Assembly: GCA_032718475.1 (NCBI GenBank)
Contig: JAUCBJ010003613.1
Location: forward strand, 1 to 32,393
Length of the DNA: 32,393 nucleotides
Source: Nemertoderma westbladi
Taxonomy: Eukaryota; Animalia; Xenacoelomorpha
Direction: 5' to 3'
Part shown: positions 1 to 10,949 of the stretch, in pieces
How the letters are laid out: every line of letters begins with the position of its first letter
Numbering within the stretch: position 1 is the stretch's first letter
Notes under the pieces: model-generated
The model's database searches: none
The model's input: only the letters and a program-made list of their open reading frames with translations
What the model was told of the DNA's origin: nothing
Program-made: the position numbers and the translations under genes

Positions 1-2275
1 GGTAGATGGAGCGGGTGGACAGCGGATGTCGGAGGTAGATGGTGTGGGTGGACAGGGGATGTCAGTGGTCGATGGAGTTGGTGGACAGGGGATGTCGGAG
101 GTAGATGGAGTGGGTGGACAGGGGATGTCAGAGGTAGATGGTGTGGGTGGACTGGGGATGTCAGAGGTAGATGGAGTTGATGGACAGGGGGTGTCGGGTC
201 GGAGGTAGATGGAGTGCGTGGACAGGGAGGGGATGTCGGAGGTAGATGGAGTGGGTGGACAGGGGATGTCGGATGTAGATGGAGTGGGTGTACAGGGGAT
301 GTCAGAGGTAGATGGAGTTGGAGGACAGGGGGTGTCGGAGGTAGATTGAGTGGGTGGACAGGGAGGGGATGTCGAATGTAGATGGAGTGGGTGGACAGGG
401 GGTGTCGGAGGTAGATGGAGTTGGTGGACAGGGGGTTGTCGTCCGAGGTAGATTGAGTGGGTGGACAGGGAGGGGATGTCGGATGTAGATGGAGTGGGTG
501 GACAGGGGGTGTCGGAGGTAGATGGAGTTGGTGGACAGGGGGTGTCGGAGGTAGATTGAGTGGGTGGATAGGGGGTGTCGGGTGTAGATGGAGTTGGTGG
601 ACAGGGGATGTCGGAGGTAGATGGAGTTGGTGGACAGGGGGTGTCGGAGGTAGATTGAGTGGGTGGGTAGGGGGTGTCGGATGTAGATGGAGTGGGTGGA
701 CAGGGGATGTCGGAGGTAGATGGAGTTGGTGGACAGGGGGTGTCGGAGGTAGATTGAGTGGGTGGATAGGGGGTGTCGGATGTAGATGGAGTGGGTGGAC
801 AGGGGATGTCGGAGGTAGATGGAGTTGGTGGACATGGGGTGTCGGATGTAGATGGAGTGGGTGGACAGGGGGTGTCGGAGGTAGATGGAGTTGGTGGACA
901 GGGGGTGTCGGAGGTAGATTGAGTAGGTGGATAGGGGGTGTCGGATGTAGATGGAGTGGGTGGACAGGGGATGTCGGAGGTAGATGGAGTTGGTGGACAG
1001 GGGGTGTCGGAGGTAGATTGAGTGGGTGGATAGGGGGTGTCGGATGTAGATGGAGTGGGTGGACAGGGGATGTCGGAGGTAGATGGAGTTGGTGGACAGG
1101 GGGTGTCGGAGGTAGATGGAGTTGGTGGACAGGGGGTGTCGGATGTAGATGGAGTGGATGGACAGGGGATGTCAGTGGTCGATGGAGTTGGAGGACAGGG
1201 GGTGTCGGAGGTAGATTGAGTGGGTGGACAGGGAGGGGATGTCGAATGTAGATGGAGTTGGTTGACAGGGGATGTCGGATGTAGATGGAGTGGGTGGACA
1301 GGGGATGTCGGAGGTAGATGGAGTTGGTGGACAGGGGGTGTCGGAGGTAGATTGAGTGGGTGGATAGGGGGTGTCGGATGTAGATGGAGTGGGTGGACAG
1401 GGGATGTCGGAGGTAGATGGAGTTGGTGGACAGGGGGTGTCGGATGTAGATGGAGTGGGTGGACAGGGGATGTCGGAGGTAGATGGAGTTGGTGGACAGG
1501 GGGTGTCGGAGGTAGATGGAGTTGGTGGACAGGGGGTGTCGGATGTAGATGGAGTGGATGGACAGGGGATGTCAGTGGTCGATGGAGTTGGAGGACAGGG
1601 GGTGTCGGAGGTAGATTGAGTGGGTGGACAGGGAGGGGATGTCGAATGTAGATGGAGTTGGTGGACAGGGGATGTCGAATGTAGATGGAGTGGGTGGACA
1701 GGGGATGTCGGAGGTAGATGGAGTTGGTGGACAGGGGGTGTCGGAGGTAGATTGAGTGGGTGGATAGGGGGTGTCGGATGTAGATGGAGTGGGTGGACAG
1801 GGGATGTCGGAGGTAGATGGAGTTGGTGGACAGGGGGTGTCGGATGTAGATGGAGTGGGTGGACAGGGGGTGTCGGAGGTAGATGGAGTTGGTGGACAGG
1901 GGGTGTCGGAGGTAGATTGAGTGGGTGGATAGGGGGTGTCGGATGTAGATGGAGTGGGTGGACAGGGGATGTCGGAGGTAGATGGAGTTGGTGGACAGGG
2001 GGTGTCGGAGGTAGATTGAGTGGGTGGATAGGGGGTGTCGGATGTAGATGGAGTGGGTGGACAGGGGATGTCGGAGGTAGATGGAGTTGGTGGACAGGGG
2101 GTGTCGGAGGTAGATGGAGTTGGTGGACAGGGGGTGTCGGATGTAGATGGAGTGGATGGACAGGGGATGTCAGTGGTCGATGGAGTTGGAGGACAGGGGG
2201 TGTCGGAGGTAGATTGAGTGGGTGGACAGGGAGGGGATGTCGAATGTAGATGGAGTTGGTGGACAGGGGATGTAG
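1..2275. repeat. G-rich minisatellite, 33-bp unit (GGGG[G/A]TGTCGGA[G/T]GTAGAT[G/T]GAGT[G/T]GGTGGA[C/T]A), ~69 copies, truncated by the window start
   Basis: Tandem repetition is directly visible. Variant units recur in a 3-unit (99-bp) pattern. The low-complexity ORFs in all frames are artefacts of a unit length divisible by 3. Confidence 0.97.
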
Positions 2276-3365
2276 ATATAAAGGATTTATTTCCTGAATT
2301 GAACGAACTCTTGCATAATGTTTATGATTTGGATGAAGAGAATACCATCGTCCAACAGTCCGCATGGTAATGCCACACCAACCCAAAGCAGATGTAGATC
2401 TCCTGATGATTGATTTATTTGGGACTCTCATAAACACGCATTGCGCGATGCTGGTTGCACAAATAAGTGCAAGTTGGGCTGTAAAGAGAAAATTAATAGT
2501 GAACATCAACATCGTCATGAAATTCAAGATAACTACTGGAACTTACACAGTAATGAACGTGAGCAGATTTTAATTTTTGTTGAAAAACTACTCACTATTT
2601 AGTTTTGCCTATCACAATAATGAAAATTTCCGCATAAGGTGTTTTTACGGTCGAAGAATTGTAATTGTAATTTGCATATCACCAATTTACATAGGGTCAT
2701 TTTATTACCGTGTAATTACTTTTGATTTCCGGATGGGGTGAAATGAGTGTTTATTTGTGAATTTATAATTAATTTTTTATAATCAAAATTAATGCAAATG
2801 CATTTACTCAAAACATTTACGATAGGGTGTGTGTTCTACCTTCTGACGGCAGTGTTGGCTCACCTACTGTACTAACAGTATTATTGGTTTACTTAATGTT
2901 CAAAGTTCACATTATCGCGTTAAACTGACAGTATGTTATCTACTGTGCTTACAATGTTATAATTTACTTTACACTAAACATTTCAATACTAGAATTATAT
3001 ATATTACATATATTATTTATACCCATTATTGCATAATTATAGGCCTATAATTTACAGTACTGTAGTTATAAAATACCGGTACTAAGTGCCCCTGTCATGT
3101 TGATATTTTCACTTTTCTGTTTAACCTACTTAAAATTAAGCATAAATAGTTAATTGCAAAATTTTATTTAGAAATAACAGAAATAACGAAAAATTCTCTA
3201 TTAATATGTATGAAAATAAAGCACTTGCACTTAAAAATACCGAAATATTAGTGGTGTTTCCATATACATGTGTAGTCGTAGATTTGGTACATTTTGTAAG
3301 AATCTTATAATAGGTTAACTTTAAATTGTAGGGGCCTACCGGTATACAGTTTACGGTATACCTTC

Positions 3366-3470
3366 CTACCAACCAATACATAACCGCGACATCTCCCCAA
3401 GGGGCGGAAGGGTATCATAAACTTATTTCCAACCACACGTTCAATATGCGAAGCCATGTGGTTTATAGGA
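3366..3470 (+). repeat. Dispersed repeat module (ACCAACCAATACATAACCGCGACATCT...CACGTTCAATATGCGAAGCC...TTTATAGGAA)
   Basis: Near-identical to 4535-4655 and to 5028-5126 plus 17732-17760. Confidence 0.85.
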
Positions 3471-4104
3471 AATATCGAGAATTCGAGAAAATCGAGAATA
3501 CGAGAAACTCGATCGAATTACCTGCTCATCCCAGTATCCGTCCGTAGTCACCTGATAGCTGCGGTTTATTCCCGTAGAACAGTAGAATTCCCGCAGCTTC
3601 CGACCCAATTCGACAACGAATTCGCCCCACACTTTCGCGTGGCAGAGAACGTAATCCGGTGCGATTCACGTCTGCCCGACTTTCAACAATTTCCCCCAGG
3701 CGATCCCAGGATCCGGCTGTCCGGGCCGCCGCTAAACCCAAATCGCAATCCTCGTCGATTCGTCGACGTAAGTCGGACTCTTCCCACCGCACTCCAAGGT
3801 GGGTGGCCTGAGTGAGGCATGAGGAACTTGACAGTGGCCCGCATTACGATCCGACCGACCGCCGTATTCCCAGAGTAGTAAATATAGAATCTCACTGACA
3901 AGCAAGCAATTCCGTAGTATTTATTCCTCAGTTAATCGCATCTTGATGCCACTCGGCTGCTCGGGTCCAGATACATCGGACTGTCGGAAGCTGTGAGATG
4001 AAGAAGTTGTTTAGATAGCCTTGCCAAGACCAACGACCTGAAGACGGTACCGTTAACTCTGTACCACTGTAACAGTTAACAGAACCGGTAGCGTACTGTA
4101 ATCC

Positions 4105-4380
4105 TGTAGTCTCCTAGCAACCAGCTGATGCCAAGCCTAATAATTTTTGGTTAGATTAATTTATTATAACCGTAAGAGAGTTACACAGATGCTGCACGAA
4201 GACCCCACGCGAATTCAACTTGGAAAATTTCTAAACTTTGGCCAGACAACATGTGTACCAAGTTTGGTTAAATTTAATTAACATTTGGCTGAGTTATTAA
4301 CGTTTAAAATTGGACACTACAGAACGACAGATCAACAGAGCAACACGTTCGTGGGGCCTTCGCGCAGCACGAGGCCCAGT
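4105..4380 (+). mobile_element. Non-autonomous repeat module, Helentron-associated (HINE/DINE-1-like) candidate
   Basis: Homologous to 19122-19355 and partly to 19785-19860. Carries TGTGTACCAAGTTTGG...ACAGAACGACAGA and ends in a GGGCCT...AGGCCC hairpin (~4354-4377). The family assignment comes from recalled motif style only. Confidence 0.5.
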
Positions 4381-5126
4381 TATGAGATACAAATTAAAAT
4401 TGAGCGACTGTATCACAAAATCAGGTATTTGAGAAATTTAACCAACACCGCCAATCAATCAAAGAAAGGGGGACAGTACGTGTTCACCCCTTTTAATCTG
4501 CACCCACCCCCCCCCCCCCCTCCACCCTCCCGAACCAACCAATACATAACCGCGACATCTACCACCCACGGGCTGACGGGGCGGAAGGGTAGCACAACAC
4601 GAACTTATTTCCAATCGCACGTTCAATATGCGAAGCCAGGCGGTGTATAGGAATATAATCAACGCCGTACTCGTCTTCATTATTATAAGCCTCGTTGCGC
4701 TCGTCCTGTTTTGTATTTAAATATATTTCCTAAACGCAGGCTGACGATCTTTATAACTAATCAATAACAAGGGATGCGTTCAATATGCGAAGCCAGGAAT
4801 GGTTTATAGGAATAATAATAGTCAACGCCGTACTCGTCTTAATTATTATATGCGTCGTTGCGCAGCACGAGGCCCAGTTATGAGATACAAATTAAAATTG
4901 AGCGACTGTATCACAAAATGAGTATTTGAGAAATTTAACCACACCGCCAATCAATCAAAGAAAGGGGGACAGTACGTGTTCAGCCCTTTTAATCTGCACC
5001 CCCCCCCCCCCCCCCCCCTCCCCTTCCACCAACCAATACATAACCGCGACATCTACCACCCACGGGCTGACGGGGCGGAAGGGTAGCACAACACAAACTT
5101 ATTTCCAATCGCACGTTCAATATGTG
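4361..5126 (+). repeat. ~500-bp tandem duplication containing ~150-bp subrepeats; the second unit is split by the LTR element
   Basis: CGCAGCACGAGGCCCAGTTATGAGATACAAATT... starts at ~4363 and ~4861. The second unit resumes at 17732 (ATGCGAAGCCATGTGG). Confidence 0.9.
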
Positions 5127-6291
5127 TGTTCGCGCTTTTAGACCTTTAGCAGTTTAACCTGCCAAATTTAGGTGTCTTCTAGGTTATAAATCGACTTTAG
5201 CCTATAACAAGTATTTGATACACATAAGTTACATTAGCCGAAGCCAGCCTATGCGCGATCATTCACCCACGGTTAAGGGAGACTGGATTCGGATGCTCTG
5301 ACCTTATTGCGGTGTAGGCCTACTGTATTATTCGATTGATCGTTAATATATAATCTCTGACAAATATTATTCACTTTCGGGAAATATTAACAGTTCCTTT
5401 AGGACGTGGCGCTCTAAGTATGTAAACAGAGTTATGACTTACACTAAACACAACAGGATGGCTAATGATCTTACGTATAAAGCGCATTCTTTAGGAAATG
5501 CTTTGTTATCTGTCACACTCATGCACACTACCGCACACTGCTGCACACTGATCTGCCGACCTTCACTAATTTTAATCATATATAAGGAGAACAGCAACTG
5601 ACACATGTAGGGTCTATGAAATAGCATTCAATTCACTCCAAAACCACTATAATGTAAGTCGCAATTGCTATATGTAACCGGTCTCTCTAACCTTTAGTAT
5701 ATCAAGAAGATTGGGGTTTTATGATTATTTATCGATATTCTCCAAATATAACAACATTCCATCAACTGATAACAATTAATAACCGACAGTAAATAGCAGT
5801 AAAATAATGCGGTGTTTGTATGTGATAAGGTTGTGATCAAGTTCGATAACAGTTATACGTTTCTATGATCAAAGCCGTTCTAATGTTTGGCTAAAGTCTG
5901 AAACACAGAATAATTCCACAGCCGATGTTTTGGGCTCAGGAAAAAAGGTAAACAAAGACCATAATGCATTGCGCGATTTCCCGGAGGCTTCTGTACAAAT
6001 AAAATGAAAATCGCTCTGATTGGTCGAGCCGAACAAAGAACAAAGAAAAGCTCTACGTGGACATATCAGCTGATAGATGTCGTCATCTGAACTACACTGT
6101 ATCAAGAGTATTTTGGCGTATTGCGGCATAAAATCGCTAGTTATGTCCGCTAAAGTACACATACAGAAAAATGGCTTTTTATGTCCACTAAAACACCTAC
6201 ACAGTAAGAAAACGGCTTTTTATGTCCGCTAAAACACCTACAGAGTACTTTGCGGGGAAAATGACTAGCTAGATCCGCAAAAGCTTTTACA
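5127..6291 (-). repeat. 3' LTR (1165 bp), with ~42-bp subrepeats at ~6130-6250 and a CCAAT box (~6019-6023, minus strand)
   Basis: About 21 differences from 16570-17731 by manual alignment. Minus-strand termini are TGTAAA...GAACA. Confidence 0.95.
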
Positions 6292-6300
6292 CCGCTCCCA
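6292..6300 (-). promoter_or_regulatory. Putative polypurine tract (TGGGAGCGG|TGT) abutting the 3' LTR
   Basis: Short G-rich purine run directly 5' of the LTR on the coding strand; short and imperfect. Confidence 0.55.
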
Positions 6301-6369
6301 GAAAATGGGATTTAATTCTATAAAATATAAAAAATCACAGTTTCTAAAATATAAAAATACTCTAAACAG

Positions 6370-7921
6370 TTAGTCTTTCTTGCGCGGACGGCGTTTACGC
6401 AGTTTTTTGAGGCTAGCAAGAGTCCTTTTCTCTTTGGGGCGAGCCACTTTACTAGGAGGGCTATAACTCCTGGGTGAAGGGTGCAATACAATTGCATCGG
6501 AAGGTTTAGGATTACGGTCGGTGTATCCGCCGGTCGAGGTACCTGGTTGATCTATATCAACCTCAGTGGAACGAGGTCGAACAACCTTGAGAGCGCATTT
6601 TAAGACAGCAGCTCTTATTGGTCCCTGACGGGTCGTTTGCACGAAAGCGGTAGGTGGACCGTGTGTAGTGAGAAATTTCCTCGGTTTGATGATTCTTTTC
6701 AACTCGCGTTCTCGGGCTCTATCGGAATCGATATGCTTCTCCTCGAGCTGATTTTCCTCCGCTTGTTGTTGGAAGCATTCGTCTAAAACTCTTTTAGAAG
6801 TAGAGTCGTCCAAGTTCGATATCTTCTTAGAGATTCTGGATTTCCTGATCGAACTGAGATAAAGCTAATTCGTTTACCGCTTGGACTTGCTGCTGCAATT
6901 TACGTTTCTCTAAACAATTGTAGGTTCCTTTTCCGATCTTTTGACGAATAGTGTCCAACGCGTTTCGTACAACTCTCTCCTCCGCCTCGGTGACAGGTTG
7001 TATCGGGTTAAACCGGGACGATGATACGGTTGAATGGCGATATTAGATGTCCGCGTCCCAATCCGGCTAGGTAAGATGGGCGAATATTTAGGGAGCCCAC
7101 AACCGGAGTGCCACCGACTAACTGTTCGGGTAACACTAGATCTTTGAACAGTGAGTACAGTTCGGGAGGATCCGTGATACTATTAGGATCAAGAGTCTGA
7201 GGTCTAACTAGGGAATGAGGAGGTCTGACCGAGTATTCCGGAACTCTGATCATAGGTTTATTTAAGGATCGTTTGAATCGAAGCGAGCGTAGGTGATACA
7301 TCGAACAAGTTTCGCTCGAAACTCCCGTAAATATAGCGAGTAAAACCGTGTTTAAAGCAACGTCTCCGCGGATGTTTATGTCTTTCCGTTTGTTGGTTGG
7401 GTCTTGGGCATTCATCGCAATAATACCAAAGACGCACGTCTTGTAGGGGAAACGCGGGTGATATTTATTCGGTTTTACAATGTTTCTCTCAAGAATTCCA
7501 AATATACGTTGGAGTTACCGCGTTTATCCGGTTCTTTAACGTCTTCTCTTTCGAGTCGATTTCGAATAGAATTTTCGCATTCGATTTTCAGTTTATCGTT
7601 CCGACTCCGCTGGGTAGGATATTTAAATAGTACCATTTCCCTTTCGGTGTCGACATAGTCCGTATCGTGTAAATCGATAGGATGGCCAGTAGTTAAGAAG
7701 TCCATATACGTACCATTACGATGCGTATAGCGAGCGGTGAATTTTCTATAGTCCAATTCACGCGTAAGTTGCTCCTGGGACATCGGCGGTTCGATATAAC
7801 GACCATCGTCCTCCGTAGTAGTTGGACTAGCGTCGCCGCGTATCAAGCTATCAACAAACGCTTGTAAAGGTAGAGTATATCGCTCCCTGATACCAAGATC
7901 ATCTTCTATCAACTCAGTCAT
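6370..7921 (-). pseudogene. Accessory ORF of the retroelement (~515 aa if three frameshifts are corrected); unknown function; coiled-coil-like segment and basic C-terminus
   Basis: ORFs 7921-7475, 7415-7008 (frame open from ~7513), an unlisted segment ~7030-6830 (RFNPIQPVTEAEERVVRNALD...EIQNL) and 6813-6370 overlap end to end with no gaps. Ends KKLRKRRPRKKD. Confidence 0.7.
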
Positions 7922-8741
7922 AGCTGCTATATGAGTTTATCAATATTATAATGAGTTTATAATTAGGCTAGCGGGCGTCGCTGCCTACCCCTCACGGCCC
8001 CCGGACAGCGCAAGATCCTCAGCGCCGATGTACTTTCGCCGATGTGCCTATCGCCAACATAGTAGCTGCACAACGACCACAACAACCAGCGCGAGTCACT
8101 CCACTGTCCGTCCCAAGGGCTAAGATTTACTTCAGGTTCTTACTGCAGAGTTAGGGCTACTTTCACAATTGCGACTCGCTACTGTAAACACACTTTAGTA
8201 GTAACATTCACCTATAAACGCACAAATTCCACACAACTGTCACAAACCGCACACATTCGGGCCATTTGTCCGTTAGTCAAGTGCCTTCCAGAATGCCACG
8301 TTATTATTGGGTATCCTTGGATACTAGCAGTGTGCTATTTATTCCTTATGCTATTCAATGGGGCAAGCCTTTATTGTTCTTTTAACTCACTTCTAATTCT
8401 AGCGTGGTTGTTGCCATGGTGACATTATGGAAAGCTAGCAGTAGAATTAGGGTAATTCTCATGCATACAGATCTGGGATGCTATTTAATAGTAATTCTTT
8501 AATTGTCAATATTCCTCTTTATACATGATTTTATGAATTTTATCGGCTATTGACTATATATTGGAGATTCTCGCACACTAATACACTTAATAGGGTGAAT
8601 CTCCGCTCCCATGATCTATTAATTAATGGAATTTTGGGAATGTTATAAATTGTATAAAAATGACAATTTATCAAATTCATTAAAAGATATGAATTTAAAT
8701 TTATTCCCGTAAATTTTATTATTTAATATTAAATAGACACA

Positions 8742-9105
8742 ATTTTATTCCAGAGCATGTCTGGGGACTAGGATCCTGAATTCTAGGAAATTTGTCCTTT
8801 TAAGAGTATCGGTAAGTGCTACGATATCTTAATCGACTAGAATTTTAAAGGATCTAAATTTTAACAGATTTTGATTTATAGATTTTCTAGAGTTAACTTG
8901 TAAGTATTTACTCTATTGTATTTGTTTGACAGATTTTATAAATATTAATAGTTAATATTTAAGATGGGCACCGGTTTATTCCAGAACTTGTCTGGGGACG
9001 TTAACCACTGATTCTAGAATTTTGTCTTTTAAGTATATCGGTGGGTGCCGCGATATCTTAATCGACTAGAATTACAGATGGTCAAAGGGTTTAACAGATT
9101 TATTT
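8742..9105. repeat. Diverged direct repeat pair (~130 bp) in the AT-rich spacer of the retroelement
   Basis: TTTATTCCAGA...TGTCTGGGGAC...CGATATCTTAATCGACTAGAATT...TTAACAGATTT occurs at ~8742-8875 and ~8975-9105. Confidence 0.85.
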
Positions 9106-9625
9106 TGCGTTTTACGCTACTGTTAAAGGGACATCACGCTACTATATGTATTATTTAATATACGGTATGAGAGCAATATCGCAAGAAGCAATGTCAGTGA
9201 GAAGAGGCAAGTCGTTTCCAAGGTCTACCCAGAGCTTGGTTTAGCCGAGACACGAGGATCTGAATTTTGCATTCCTAATACTCTACTTACCAATAATACT
9301 TGAATATAGTAGGAGCTTTATTGTACTTTAATAAGTACGGACATTTCATCTTACTGTAGTCACGTATTTATAATATGATACGGACAGTAAGGAAAGAGAA
9401 AAAGAATTATTTCTCGCCGTCGCACTAAATATATAATATATAGTAATTAAGTAATAAACGACTAATATATATTGCACTAATCTACTAGATAATCGCTAAA
9501 ATAACATTCTACTAAATAAAATTAAAGAAAACGATTATAATAAAATTACATAATAATACATACATAAATATAAAATAATAAAACAAATATAAAATAATAT
9601 AGTCACACACCCACTCCAGACGCTG

Positions 9626-10949
9626 TTACGTTGGGGAGTCCCTAGATGTTTGTTGGATTAGGGAGGTGGTCGTGGGAAGAGTATCTTGCCTTCCATAGTT
9701 TCCGGAGAGTTCTCTGTCTCTTTCCAGTAAACATAAACGACCAACTGGGCGATTGAGTTGTTGTGTTTCGAATACAATTCCAGGTTTCCTCTTCGTCCTG
9801 GAATAGTGACGATAGAAACATCGCTTCAAATACACGACGGCCTTACAAAGCCGATTCCAGGAGCTATAGTGGTCCATCGCTCCCGGCAGGAGAGGTGAGA
9901 GTCCCTGCGAGACGTCTGGTGTTCCAGATCTCCAGTCTCTCTCTCTGATCTCCACAACAGATCTGTTCGCGGTGGGGGAGTTTAGATCCACAGCGTCGTC
10001 CCTGGCAATGTGTAGTACAGACAGATCTATCACGGGTTTAAATAACCTTGATTTACTCGTCCGGGTTTTAGGTTTGACTTTCTCCGCTCCCTTGGCTTGT
10101 CTAATCTCAGCCGTGGTAAGATGGGGAGGCCATTCATCTTCTTTACTTAGGAAGTCGGGTCCACCTAACCAGTCTGGAGTATCTGTCGGTTCTTGAGGAG
10201 TTGCTCCTCTGGAAGCGATGTCGGCTGGATTAATCGTCCCAAGGCAATGTCTCCATTGATCTACATTAGAGTTAATATCGTCATTATCTGAGGAGTATGG
10301 TGTTCCCTCAGTTGTGGTTGTCTCTCCCTCACTGATGTCTTCTTCCCATTCACTCTCCTGATGGACCTGATCTTTGGGTAGCCTTTCCATGAGTGTCCTA
10401 CGGGAAGGTCCAGTGAAGTACCAACCTACTCTTGTTCTTCCCGCATAGGTTTGCAATGGTTGCGGTCGAGCAGGCCGTTTCTCTAATGTCTCAAGCGCCT
10501 CATGCGCATTTTGGCCGATGAGTATCTGTACCCCTGGGTAGTCGGTGTTGAATCTAGGTATCTCATGCTGCTGGGTGAAATCGTCTTCATCCCAGTTATA
10601 AGGTTCCACTTGGCTGGTAGCGAAGTTCTTTATCGCCACCATTTTTACTAGACCTTATACTGTGTTCTCCTAGTTCATCCTGGGGGGTGGACAACGCGCC
10701 TACATAGTAGTCTGTAGCTACTGTAGATTTCCAAACCTGCATAATTCCTGAAAGGCTCAACTTAGTTCGGAACTTGGGTTGTCCAGCAAAGATGTCTTCG
10801 GCTAGTTCTTTGTCGATGAATGTTCCTGTGCTGCCGGAGTCAAGGAGGGCGTTCACTATATAGCTCTTTGCTGGCCCGTGGACTCTCAACTGCACTACGG
10901 GAAATTCTCGGATTCCTACGTTGGAAGTTGGTGCTTTCCAAGATGCTTG
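9626..10949 (-). pseudogene. pol: Internally deleted Pol: aspartic protease plus RNase H C-terminal tail plus post-integrase C-terminal motif
   Basis: ALLDSGSTGTFI (ORF 10895-10596, in frame with gag after TGA); +1 shift near 10645; ILIG...RTRVGWYFTGP; WRHCLGTINPADIASRG...WLGGPDFL...EWP; YSSWNRL; RPVGRLCLLE. No YxDD, RNase H catalytic core, HHCC or DDE motifs. Confidence 0.85.

Noticed and set aside
1-2275. CRISPR array or telomeric repeat
   Set aside because: There are no unique spacers, the unit is not telomeric, and the context is eukaryotic. The same applies to 25757-26285.
26-2527. Long low-complexity ORFs (Gly/Trp-, His/Pro- and Val/Asp-rich)
   Set aside because: They are translations of the 33-bp minisatellite in several frames.
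3441-3901. Overlapping short ORFs in the CpG-rich patch
   Set aside because: No recognisable domain or splice structure; such ORFs are expected in GC-rich DNA.
4285-5141. Poly-Pro ORFs
   Set aside because: They derive from poly-C runs inside the tandem duplication.
5869-6162. 97-aa ORF and its 133-aa counterpart at 17320-17721
   Set aside because: Both lie inside the LTRs, the frames differ between copies, and no motif is recognisable.
6370-7921. Env glycoprotein call
   Set aside because: No signal peptide, Cys-rich ectodomain or C-terminal transmembrane anchor is visible.
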